Of a DNA stretch of 64,000 bases, positions 34,530-46,048 are shown in pieces; within the stretch, counting starts at the first letter, position 1; each line of letters starts with the position of its first letter. Location: assembly GCA_965649825.1 (NCBI GenBank), contig OZ287702.1, positions 248,001 through 312,000 of the forward strand. Reading direction: 5' to 3'. Below the pieces are notes generated by a model that saw only the letters and a list, made by a program, of their open reading frames with translations, had not been told where the DNA came from and made no database searches. The translations under genes were made by a program, and so were the position numbers. This DNA is from Penicillus capitatus. Taxonomy: Eukaryota; Plantae; Chlorophyta.

Positions 34530-36846
34530 TCAAAGAACTCGATTTTTGGTTCGAGCGAGCGCGAAATAGGATGGTCTGCATCTCGGTCGACTGAACAGCG
34601 ACATCTGTCTCGAACAAGAGATGCGTCGTCGATGCAACGGCGTTACTCTCGACGATCGACGTCGACCAGGGAACGGACGCCAGAACACTGCTTGTGGGGC
34701 AGGAGGACTGCGCCGTTCATCGATCGATGACTGAGGCGGCGGTTCTTCTTTGGAGATGTCGGCATGTTTCAAGATGTCCTGCAGTGCCGCGTGATCCAGG
34801 GTGGATGAATCCTGGGTTCGGTGTTCTGTCAGAATGAGTCGTTTTCGGACCGCAGGGCGAAATTTCAAACCCAAGATAAGGAGGATGGATAGAAGGACGC
34901 CAGAAGCGACGAAACCAGTATTCGCGAGAGCCAAAGGCAGACCTGTAGGCAACACACATTCAGAACAGATCGTCCAGCTGCAGTGATAGTTACGGGAGTG
35001 GGGGACGTTTGGGCGAATGACTGCTACTGCTATAGCGATGCTCGACATCGTTAGGGCAGATAGGGTGGACGAACAATAGGAGATCGTGGCCATCAGTCCC
35101 TCATTCAATCGGAAGTCCATGGCATTCTGTACTGCCTAAATCAGAGCGTCGTTGTGAATGTGTTCAAAGACACAAACGATTACGTGCAGCGAGATGGGCG
35201 CTTGTGTGATCAACAACAGAGGCAATGCGAATGGCGTGTAATCAGGATAGCGATAGTAGCAGCCAAGAATCACAGAACACGACAGAACGAGGCCAATCAG
35301 CAGACGATTGCCAACAACCAAGAGAGAAGCAAACATCTGCCATATGCAACCGCAGATTGCAGACACCCCTTTGTATGAGAACAGCAACCTGTTTGGCATC
35401 GCCCCAAGTTGTGGGAAATGTGAGGCCAGTAGCCATGAGAGCCAGAGGCCGATGGAGGGCAGCCGATGTCCTTGTGATGACATGCATCTGTAAACACCAT
35501 CTGTCTCGTTGTGTGGCATACATAAAGATCACTGTTTACTGTCGGTGAGAGGTCTTGATTGAGGAGATTGATGACGAAGGCAGCTGCTGTCGCCCAGAGA
35601 ACCGGCTGCTGAAGGACACGATGAAGAGCATCTGTGAGCCTTCCGCCGCCGATCTGGACATTCCTGGCGGCTTTCGCTGCCTGTGTCGCTCCGCTGACGG
35701 CATCTGCACATTGCCAAACATCCAAAGGCGATATAAGTTTGTTTTTAGCCCAACGCCCTACCTGAACAGAAAACAATCACTCGTGCTATTCACACTTCCA
35801 AACTGCCGGTTACTTGCATTCTACCATCGCTGAAGGTTCGGATCCCGATGCCGTTTCTATTCCCATCTAGCCACTCACCTTCGTAGAGACCTCCCTGCAA
35901 GTAGACCCATCCAGTGAGTATTCTCTCGATTTGTCTCATATCTGACAGCGGGGAAGTAGTAGACACCACGGCCGTTTTTCTGATTAGCTTTCCACTCTCC
36001 TTCGTATGTTGCACCGCTCTTGTACCTTATGAGTAAGATGCGTTCGGAGAAGATACCAGGGAACAAAAGACACTTGTAAGATCCAACGCCTTCTTTGTTC
36101 AGTCCATTCCACTGACCGCTGTAGACGGAACCGTCCTGATGCACATAGGATGCCGGAAATGCAGGTCCAGCTGAGGCAAAACTCAGATACGACAGCACAT
36201 GATCTACAGAAGCACATTCAGCTTCCTCGTGTTCTTACCGTAGTTTACCAGCAAAGATGTTGGCAGCGTTGAACAGAATGACAGACTGTAAACCGATGTA
36301 TCCAAAGAGACTCTCTGCCAGAGGGAAACTCCACAGAAGCGCCGATGAACCCACAGAGCATCCTACCCAATCGACACTCACATCAGACATCAAGCAATGT
36401 GGGATTGGACCCATAAAAATGGCACGCTGTCTGGCATGACTCCGTTGAAACCACATCCTGTCCATCGAAGAAGCGAGATGGAGGATGTTGACGGCTAGGA
36501 GAGTACCGGGAGCTGACATGAGAGGCAAGATTGAAGAGAAGGCCACTTCCACAGGCAACGAGACTCAACGATGTCCATCTCCCTTGACTGACACTCTTTG
36601 GCCCAAATGCCAAGAAAACGGACTATCGTACGCGCAGAGGGATTGCAGGACAAGTGCAGGACAGGTCACCCAGGAGACGAGCTTCACCGCCGCCTGTCAT
36701 CTCGCATTCGGTATTGAGAGATAAGGATCAGAGACATGAGGTGTCTATACGTTGGCGTCTGCGTCGTCCGCAAACTGAAGGCGACGTAGCGCCAAACCGC
36801 TGAGGAGACAGCAAATATCTTGCGCCAGCGGCAGCAGAGCTTCCAT
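34530..36846 (-). CDS. AEC/PILS-like membrane transporter with MORN repeats in the central loop
   Basis: N-terminal hydrophobic helices (VKLVSWVTCPALVLQSL; FPLAESLFGYIGLQSVILFN), then MORN repeats (DGSVYSGQWNG, SGATYEGEW, GGLYEGEWLDG), then further hydrophobic helices. Family assignment is from remembered motifs. Confidence 0.6.
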
Positions 36847-37094
36847 GTCTAAGCAACCACCACTTAGCACGCGATCCGTCACTTCATTGCACTGTTTTCT
36901 GTTCGGCAAAGCGGTCGAGTCGGTCACCGTCCTTTTCTGTCTAGCCGGAGTTCTCTATCTTGCGAACATCACAGCAGGTGCCACTGCTTCACGTAAAAGG
37001 TCATCCTGGTGTTCGTCGGTTTTTCACGTCGGTTAGCATTGTTTTTAGGAACTGCCTTTTGTTGTTGTACACGAAAGAATTTGACTCCGTAGTG

Positions 37095-38066
37095 ATGAGT
37101 CCTCCAAGTCTCCTGCACGATGAGATCGTCCGTTTCGCCGCCAAGATGACACCATTGCCCGAAGAACATCAGCGGTGTGAAAAGTTGATCGAAGTTCTTC
37201 GAAAAATTGCTTATGAAACGTATGGACGCGACGTTGAGCTATCTCCATTTGGCAGCTATTCCAATGGACTGGCAGCTCGGCATTCAGATTTGGATATCGT
37301 CATCACTGGATTACTAAAACCCGATACACCTGAAGGCTTTTTTGGCCACAAACAAGTTCTGGTCTGGGAACTTCTTGAAAAATTGGAACAACAGATAGTC
37401 GTCTGTCCAGCCTTGCATGTAGTGAATGTTCAGTTTATACGTCATGCGAAGGTCCCGATTCTCAAAGTTGCCTTAGAAGACCAAGTGATGATGGATATCA
37501 GCATCAATGACGAAACATGTATGCGGGCCGCGAGCTTTGTCTTAGAGAAGGTTCGACGGAATCCTGCTCTGAGACCACTCTGTTTGGTCCTCAAAGCCAT
37601 TCTCAAGGCTTATCATCTGGGAGAGGTACGGGAAGGTGGACTCGGAGGCTACTCCCTGACGAACATGGTGATGGCCCATGTGCAAGAAACGGTCAAAACT
37701 GGTCGTTCTTTGCACGATTTTGGAGACCTCCTCGTTTCGTTTTTTCTTCGTTTTGGGCATCAATTCGATGCAGAGAAACAGGCTGTGTCTGTTCGAAAGG
37801 GAGGGGTCGTGCCCAAGTCGCATGTGACCTCTGATGCTTACAGGAGTCGCCCTATGCGACCAATGGGCGCATCACGACGTTCATCCATGCGTTGGTTCAT
37901 TGAGAATCCCATAACGGGCCGCGATGTTGCACAGGGATCCTACAAAGTCTATCTCATCAAGGATCTTTTTACGGCCGCCTATGCAACTCTTAAGTCCGCC
38001 AAGAAGGAAAGCACAGATAACATCTTTCCTGAACTATTTGATCTGAAATTTGGCAACACGAACTAA
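37095..38066 (+). CDS. Non-canonical poly(A) polymerase / terminal nucleotidyltransferase (Trf4/PAPD5-like)
   Basis: Intronless. PFGSYSNGLAARHSDLDIVI (pol-beta catalytic motif), AKVPILK, GGLGGYSL, IENP...DVAQGSY. Confidence 0.85.
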   Translation: MSPPSLLHDEIVRFAAKMTPLPEEHQRCEKLIEVLRKIAYETYGRDVELSPFGSYSNGLAARHSDLDIVITGLLKPDTPEGFFGHKQVLVWELLEKLEQQIVVCPALHVVNVQFIRHAKVPILKVALEDQVMMDISINDETCMRAASFVLEKVRRNPALRPLCLVLKAILKAYHLGEVREGGLGGYSLTNMVMAHVQETVKTGRSLHDFGDLLVSFFLRFGHQFDAEKQAVSVRKGGVVPKSHVTSDAYRSRPMRPMGASRRSSMRWFIENPITGRDVAQGSYKVYLIKDLFTAAYATLKSAKKESTDNIFPELFDLKFGNTN

Positions 38067-38478
38067 TCCATCCATAAACACATATCTATGGGGGTTCGAT
38101 CTTTGTACTTATTGTATGGGTCCTCCTCATGTTGACTCTTCCTATCCTGTCTGTTTGTCAGTCCTTCCGTACGTCTGCGGTTTGTGTTGGGCGGTCGATA
38201 TGTTTTATGTACATGTACACAATGTAGTCCGAGTGAGATCTGTCGCCCTTCATGAATATGCATCTCGGTGGGCCTCTCCGATGAGAGTATGATGAAGGTT
38301 ATGAACGCATCAGAAATTCTTTTTTCAAAGTCGTTGTATGGTGGTTGGTTGTTCAATCTATTGTTTTGGGAGAAATTCCTTGATGGGTCTGATAGAAGCC
38401 GTTAGAGTCAACTAGAATGGTATGCTGCGTTGTAGCCAGACACATATCTCATACCTGTATCTCGCACTTCCCCATACG

Positions 38479-40977
38479 TCATTCTGTTGTATCCATTGCC
38501 TCGCCTTCCGCCTCTTCTTTCTTTGGATCTTCTGTCTCGGCGGGAGCTGCCTCAGTCCCGGCTGCAGCTTCGTCTTGTTTCTTCGCAGGCTCCTCTTTCT
38601 TCGGAGGTGGTGCGGGTTTTGGTTTCGACATAATGGGTCGACAGAATCGCTCGACGACCTCTGCCTTCTTCGAGATCTCTGTGGACAGAACGCAGGGATT
38701 GTCTGTTTTGAGCAGCTGTTGTTGCATTTGGAGCTTTTCTGATAACCACTTCACCGCTGCTTCACACTCTCTGATGACCTTTTCCTTCTCTTCTGCATCG
38801 ATATGTTCATATTCCGCCACATCCGATGTTGCCATGGCGATGTAGTTGGAACACAGCTGATTCAATATCTGTGCTGCAGCGGGACGTGCATTGGACTCCG
38901 ACAGTCTTAACTCGATCGGATCGCCCATCTTTTTGAGTTCTTCCAGCTTAGCCGTGTAAACACTCTTCGTTTGATTCTCCCCATCTTCGTAAAGCCAATC
39001 CTCCGTTGCCTCCAAGATCGGTGGAATCTTTTCCAGCTCCACCGGCTTTGCAAACTCTGCAAGGTCTCCAGAAAGCCGACTCCGTAGAGAATAGACATAC
39101 GATTCGACGGCATTTTTCTTCTCCTGGGTCTCTTCGCAGAGCTTGTCCTGGGCGGCCATTTTGCCTTCCAACTCGAGGTAAGTGTTCATGGTCTCGGTGT
39201 CCAGTCCTGTATCCTTTTGGATGGTAAAGGGAACGTCGAATCTCTTTATTTTCATCTTTTTCTCCACTCGAGGAGCAGCTTCTTTTCCATCTCCGTTGGA
39301 AGCCGCCGCTTCTGCTCCGTCTGCTGGAGCCTTCTCACTCTTTTCATCTTTGGTTGGTACTTCGACTGGGACTTCGATCTCTTCCTCTTCGACCGATTGG
39401 ACAGAATCGATCTCTAACAGGCCATGGATATTGATTCGGACTTTCACTTTGATCTTCGCTTTCTCAGCGCCTTGTGGCACAACAACGGGTCCAATTTCAT
39501 AGCAGCCGACAGTTTTGTTTTCGCATGGAGGCAACAATGTATCATCTGGGTAGGAAGCTGTAATACGAAACGGCTCAGATCGGAAAAAAGTGAGAAGCTT
39601 GGTGGCTGGATAGGGACTGTTCCGTTCAAAGACAAGACTCTGTGTAGGCTCACCGTCCTTCTCCCATGAAAAGGCCACAGCGTACGGCTGACAGTTCATG
39701 ATCTCAAATTCCTTGACTCGAAAGACGGGACTCAACATTGCACATTGTAGGGCACATCCACGAGCGATGCACTCTTTTGCATTCAGTGTCCGACTGACAG
39801 GTTTCTTGAAGAACTCTTCGACCAATCGTTGAACGGACGGAGTACGAGATGCCGCTCCAACCACTTCCACAGAACTGATCTGATCGATCGTAATTCCTGC
39901 CTCTTCCAAGGCTCGTTCACAAGGAGCCACCACCCTATTCGTCAACGACTCTGAAAGAGCTTCAAATTTTTCTCTTGTGACGTGACTTGTGAAATCTGTA
40001 TCTTCCATCAAACATTCCACACTCATAATGGCTTCACTATTGGTGCTGAGCATCTTCTTCGTCTACACCATCACATTCTGAGGTAGATTCGAAAGACGCA
40101 AAGTTATGCAGTGACCTTTTCTGAACTATTTCTTAGTCGGAAGCAGGCTTTGGGATTTGACAGGACATCGAGTTTTGTCTTCTGCTTGAATTCCTCAGCA
40201 AAGTGTAGAAAGAGAACTTCGTCGAAATCGCGTCCTCCTAGATTCCGATCCCAACAGTTGGACAGGATCTTTAACTGTCCTTTCTTTAGTGAGACGATGC
40301 AAACCTAAGAGACCATTCATTGCACTCCACCGTCATTTTTATCATAGTACGCATACTTGCAGACTTGTGTGACCCAAGTCCACAAATACAACATGAATCG
40401 GATCGGTCTCGGGTAAATCGCTCCGGAAGATGCCATAGGCCAATGCCACGGCGGCTGTATCATCCATTATTTTCAAGCAATTCAGCCCAGCAATGCGTGT
40501 GGCATCCAGCATTGCATGGCGCTCTTTTTCTGTGTAGTACCCAGGAACAGAGACCACGCAATCTGTAACGCCGATGTTCGTGTTGTTGGTCACAATTTGT
40601 TTCAAATGGACCAGATTCATGGCAACGATCTGTTCAGGCGAAAAAGTCGCCACTTGATTGCAGTACTGCACCTGAACAAGACATCCACCATCTGGCCCCT
40701 CCTTGACGGTAAATGGAAAGCGCTGGAGATCCGATTGGACGTCTGGACTGCGGTACATCTTGCCCAATAAACGCTTCAACTGCGTCAACGTGTTCTTCGG
40801 GTACATTGTCTGCTTACTCGCCGCAACGGAGCCCATGTAACGCTGCTCATCTCCGAAGTACACGACGCATGGGGTCTCACGTTTCGCTTCCGTGTTAAGC
40901 AAGACATCGATGCCACGTTTTTGCGCCAACGCCACAACAGACGTGGCATTACCGAGATCGAAACCGACGACCGACAT
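38479..40977 (-). CDS. Hsp110/Hsp70-family chaperone (HSP70-14/15 type)
   Basis: MSVVGFDLGN, GIDVLLN...RETP, VVSVPGYYT, WDRNLGGRDFDE, RTLNAKECIARGCALQCAMLSP, KNAVESYVY. Two introns. Confidence 0.95.
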
Positions 40978-41078
40978 CTGGTGCAACTCTCCAATGCCTC
41001 AAGTCGATGGCTGTCGCTCACGTCTTATCTCGACAACACGAAATTGCCAGAAGTCTCTCGAACGTTCATTAAAGGAAG

Positions 41079-43201
41079 ATGACGGAACGGCAGTGTCTGA
41101 GAAATGAACTGAGGGAGAGTCTGTACCGCCCATTATGGGGAGCGAAGAAGCAGTCGCCGGCTTCGCTTGACGGTGTGGTGCGCTGCTTTCCGAGTGAGAC
41201 ACCTGTGGGACCTTTGACTCGACCCACTGGACTCTCCCGAGCACAACAGCTCGTGGTCTTCGATACTCTCAAGATCATCTGCCTCCCAAGCTTCTGTCAC
41301 AGTCACGGAGGCGTGGTTCGACATTAAGTGCATGAAAGTTGCTGAAAGAGAGGGATCGTTTGGACTTAGACGGTGGATCGGGCGTTTCCACTGATCGGGA
41401 CAGCGAGATGGTGGTCAGCATTGCTTGCGCGGATAAAAGTGCAGAAATGCCTGCAGCAGGCGGGATCGACATTTATGGACAAAGTGCGGTCGTGATGGGA
41501 CAGTCACCTCTGTGATGCCGAAGTGCGTTAGGTCAAGAGTATCGGCATTGGCGAGAACTACTCCCTGAGTCTACGGACCAAAGCACGCATTGGAAGGTGA
41601 TTTCGACGCAGCATTGTTTGGCAAATGCTGCAATGATAATGGCAGTCGCACATCGATTGAAGGAGTGATGGAAACGGATGATGCATCGAACGTGCGGCAT
41701 CTGTTCGCCAAACATCCTGAGACGATGCGTGGAGAGATGCCGGATCGATGGGAAGGCATCGGTGGCAAAGTGGAGGTGGTCCACAAATTCGATCCCTTCA
41801 AACTCTTCATCAGCTGGGCGTTCAGAGAGAGATTCCACACACCCAACTCCTCTCTCTTGCTTCCTTCTCTTCTCTCAACGGAGATTGTGTCCAACGATCT
41901 GCACAAACCCTTTCATTACCGCCTGGGCCTGCATCAAGTCATCCCTGATCTGCTGTCGATCTGTTTGCACAGCGATGGTTGGTGCAGGTTCTGGATGTCT
42001 TTCCAAATGCATCAGATGTTGAGCATGACAGCAACAATGCCATCTACTTTCAAGGGGGCTTTGGGTTGGATGGTGTTGCCACATTGCTGCAGTCGCCAAG
42101 GGCGAAGAGAGAAACAAAACAGGATCGGCTTGGACAGATGCGAGAGGGAAAGCTGAGCGGTGTGAGCTTCGATCGCTCATTCTCAGACACACGTACCAAA
42201 GAACGTCGTCCTGGTGTCCATCCATCTTCCTCGACGTCTGACACTTCCGACAGTACCATCCATTCCCATCTGCATCCTCCGTCTGCTGAAATGCTGTGCT
42301 GTATGAGGCAGTCCAGCCTTTCCGTCTGCTGAGCAGATTTTGAAAGACCTCCAAGGACACACCTCTGCTCTTCAGAAATCGTCTGAGGTTCTTTCCAAAG
42401 CAACCGAGGATGTAAAGGACGGGAAACTGAAGAGATGGAAGTCTCGTTTGGAGAAAGGACTGTTTGGAATCAACAAAAGAGCACGGTATCATGCCTTTCT
42501 CCCTCCAGCCCATCTCAAAGTTGGAGGACTGGCTGGCGTGGTGGCATCCTTTGGATTTCATAAAGATGGTCTGGAACGACCCCTCTTCGTTGAGAGTGGT
42601 CCAACGACGCCCTCCTTTCGTCACTGGAATACCATGAGATGGCGATCTGCCGTAGATGATCATCCCATCAAGTCTTTCTTGGGATGCAGCATCAGTGCTC
42701 AACTGGGACGCATGCGTCGTCGAATCTTGAGCTTCACTTCTGCCTTGGTTCAGTTTGAATGCACGGTGCCCATCATTACGGGACAGGCTTCGCTTCCACG
42801 ACGACTACAGAGCATTGCTGCTTCCAGTCGACGCAATCTCATGATTGGCACCGTTCCTGTGCGTCCTCTGGTCAACTTCTCCTACACTCAACAGGCAACA
42901 CAGCACAAACCAACAAACATGAATGGTTGCCACACAGTTCGCGTTCTCGTAGGTTTTTGGTCCTGTTCGAGCAAAAGTCGACTATCGAGTCGGTCTCGAA
43001 TCGTCAATCGGCATCGGCAGTATGCCGAATCTTCATCCAATGAATGCTTTTTACAGGCAACTTCAGAGTGTGCGTCCGTGCATCGTTGATGCTCAGTATG
43101 GTTTCGACTTTGTCGTTCCCGGGACACAAGGGGCTGTCAAATTCTGCGGATGGTATGCACCTTACAAGAAAGAAGCGATGGCAGAACTTCGTCTTTTCTA
43201 A
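41079..43201 (+). CDS. TGD4: TGD4-like plastid outer-envelope lipid transfer protein
   Basis: N-terminal SPASLDGVVRCFPSETPVGPLTRPTGLSRAQQL; C-terminal PLVNFSYTQQ|VFGPVRAKVD...GWYAPYKKEAMAELRLF*, paralleling plant TGD4 (TPVTLEGTAR...; QQVAGP...AWYSPKRKEGMIELRVF). GC-AG intron 42895-42952. Confidence 0.82.
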
Positions 43202-43309
43202 CAACGGAGAGATGATGACCAAACACACCCACATACATGCAGCATCACACGAATGTGTACCATCTCTTTTTACCATAAACAAACAGCGTGAACGTTTATT
43301 GTTGTTTGA

Positions 43310-44113
43310 CTAGGCGAGAAGGGAGTAGATGTATGCAGCGAGGGCCAATAGGATCACGATGAGTGTTATATCAAAACAGATGTTCGTACGGCGTCCCATT
43401 TTTTCCAGGACGCTTCGCATTTGCTGATTGCGTGTCTTGATCTCTCCCTTCACATGGTCCAATTGCTCCTCCATGGTATCCAACACAGGTTCCTGGACTT
43501 CGACTTCTTGACGCATATCGCGTGCAAGATTGCCCAGTACACCGACGCCGCGTTCAATGCGATTCAGTGCCTCGTCTTGACGTTTCTTCGATTCTTCCCA
43601 TTCGGTCTCGAGTTGACGCGTCTCGTCTGTATGTTGGAACTCTTCTGGTCGCACAGTCCCTGGTCCTTCGAGGCGTGTACATGTCGAGGGTCGACTGCAG
43701 CTGGCGTCGCTGCGGCGATTGGGAGCAACGACACGAATTCCATCAGGTATCGCCTGGATGGCGTCGGCGAGTGCTTCCAGTGTTCGCTGCCGTTCGCTTA
43801 CAAGAACAGGTGTTACGTTCTTGCCTTTGCGTGTTGTTTTCTGCAGCTCCGGGAGACGCGTTTGGAGCAAGGCATTTTTTGCGCGGCGAATTTCGGCGTT
43901 TTTGGCGGCGACCGTGGCTCGATTCTTGAGTTCTGAGACTTCTTCAGCCTGACGTTCCAGGTCGCGAATTTCGGATTCGATACGGCGGACATTGTCATCG
44001 AAGCTGCCGGGTTCTGTCGATGTTCCGGGGTGAGCGGCGAGCGGTGCATCGAATTTCTCGTATTTCTGAAGAAGATGCTCCGTCCGGCACAGAAGGTCGC
44101 CAATCGAAGTCAT
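43310..44113 (-). CDS. SYP7: Qc-SNARE syntaxin of the SYP7 family
   Basis: Intronless. N-terminal DLLCRTEHLLQKYEKFD, ATVAAKNAEIRRAKNALL, SNARE coil RQDEALNRIERGVGVLGNLARDM, and a C-terminal TM helix. Confidence 0.88.
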   Translation of the reverse strand: MTSIGDLLCRTEHLLQKYEKFDAPLAAHPGTSTEPGSFDDNVRRIESEIRDLERQAEEVSELKNRATVAAKNAEIRRAKNALLQTRLPELQKTTRKGKNVTPVLVSERQRTLEALADAIQAIPDGIRVVAPNRRSDASCSRPSTCTRLEGPGTVRPEEFQHTDETRQLETEWEESKKRQDEALNRIERGVGVLGNLARDMRQEVEVQEPVLDTMEEQLDHVKGEIKTRNQQMRSVLEKMGRRTNICFDITLIVILLALAAYIYSLLA

Positions 44114-44369
44114 CCCCCGACGTCAAAATGAAATGCGCGCATCACCAATGCAACAATTGTCGCGTCCTTATCTCCACACGATGTCTATGATGTCATAGCG
44201 AAGACGACAGACAGCCGTCAGCATCAGCCGACTCTGCACGAGATGCTCCATCTTGGCCAACAGGCGCTGTATGGATGCATAATGTTTATGTGTTTTGAGA
44301 TATGGGATTTCAGAAATATCGATAATGATCGGGGTGTGAACATCGTGCGAGAGGCAGTCATTGCGTGCC

Positions 44370-45390
44370 ATGTCGATGATTTCTCTGTAAACGCCTTTCG
44401 TCTGAACGCAAATCGACGCGAAACCGCGTGGAAGAATCGCGACAGCGACGGCGCATGATCATGTGCTTTACTGGGAGTCGGGATCTGTCTACTGCTGGCG
44501 AGCGACGATCGTCTTAGAAGAAAAGGAGCTTCCACATGAAAGCAAACTCCTCGACTTTTCTAAAAGTCACACTTCTCACGCCATCTCGGTCACAAACAAC
44601 ACGTTGTAAATTCTAGTGGAGCACAAATCGCCGGAAGTCATGGCATTGAATCCGAGAGGACAACTTCCAACGTTTAAAGACGGAGATGTCGTGCTAAACG
44701 AATCGGGTGCCATCGCCATGTACGAGAAAATCAGTATCCTGAAAAACCGCTTCTCCCGTCGGATCCAATCGAAAAAGCAAAAGTCTCTGTTGCACATATA
44801 CCCCCTATCCTTCAATAGACATTCGGGCTTAGGTGTTACAACAACGCTTCGAAGCCATCGTAGATACAAAGCATCGGAACTACGCCTATTATCTGGTAGG
44901 ATGTCGATCTGTTAATCTGCGAAAAGCATCTGAATCTTGTAATAGATGAAGGATCCAGAGAGTCAACAAGCTCAACAGCAGATTGAAGTAATTAGAGTAT
45001 CATCCACCGATTGCAGCATCCCATCAGGACTGTGTAGTTTCCAGGGAGAAACGGCTCTGTGGGATACATATCTGGGTACGCAGAAATGCTTAGCAACAGA
45101 CGCATTCAATTTAGCTGCTACTGTTCTTTGGCAATTGGTTCTGTCCCAAACGCAACGTGACGCTAGATGCGATGTTGGCGCTGATGCTCTTGATTCTGGC
45201 AAGGTTTGGAATGACGTCTAAAGACTATCCTAACATCAAAAAGTACTGCGAGATGATACGGGCAAGTACGGATCTCTCTTGTTCGTCCTTTAGCTGTGTA
45301 TACATTCAGGAGCATCCATCTGTGACGAAGACCTCTCCTCCACACTTGGTTAGCGCCGAGCCTACAAACTCTTTCATAAATTTTCTGTAG
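44370..45390 (+). pseudogene. Glutathione S-transferase (rho-like) gene with two apparent lesions; pseudogene or assembly error
   Basis: LYWESGSVYCWR, ALNPRGQLPTFKDGDVVLNESGAIAMY, then a 1-nt frameshift near 44724 before NQYPEKPLLPSDP. Intron 45118-45166 starts with CT. The start codon is uncertain. Confidence 0.65.
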
Positions 45391-45729
45391 TCTTAGATCT
45401 TTTTTATTTAGTTTTAAATGACAGTCAGCAATAGATACATTTTGGTGGCAGTAGTATGCGATCGAGCTTCTTAATGGTCTCTGATCCCTGCAGTTTAAAC
45501 TGAGTTGATCGAACACAACTCTAGCAATCTGGACTGGGATGCATAAGGGACTTCCTATTTCGCGTTTTCGACGTGTTCTTTATCGCAGAATACATCGTCT
45601 GCTGCATCCATGACAGGTTATTTAGAGTCGGGCATCCTACGAACGACGTCGTTAAAGAACCCATCAGATTATAATCCACTTCAGCTAAGAGGCCGGCGAT
45701 TACATCGTGTAAAAAAGAGTATCCTGTAC

Positions 45730-45827
45730 ACAGCTTAGCATGTGTCTGTACAATTGCCAGAAATAAGATGGTCTAAACAGCTTAACATGTGTCTGTACAG
45801 TTGCCAGAAATGAGATGGCCTAAACAG
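45730..45827. repeat. 47-bp tandem duplication (2 copies)
   Basis: CAGCTTAGCATGTGTCTGTACAATTGCCAGAAATAAGATGGTCTAAA followed by CAGCTTAACATGTGTCTGTACAGTTGCCAGAAATGAGATGGCCTAAA (4 mismatches). Confidence 0.9.
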
Positions 45828-46048
45828 AAAATCCCTCTTTTTATTAAACAAAACTGACAGAATGTGATTGATTCAGCACTACATCATCAAGGTTGTAAAA
45901 ACTAGTTGACACAAGTCCAGCTTTTTGAATGCCCAAAAGATAAAAACTGGCACAGAGATATGCAGAAACGCCATATGATTATTCGTGTGGAGGTTATTAA
46001 TAATGTCCCACAACAACTAGAATGTATGCGGTCAGCTCGATAATATAT

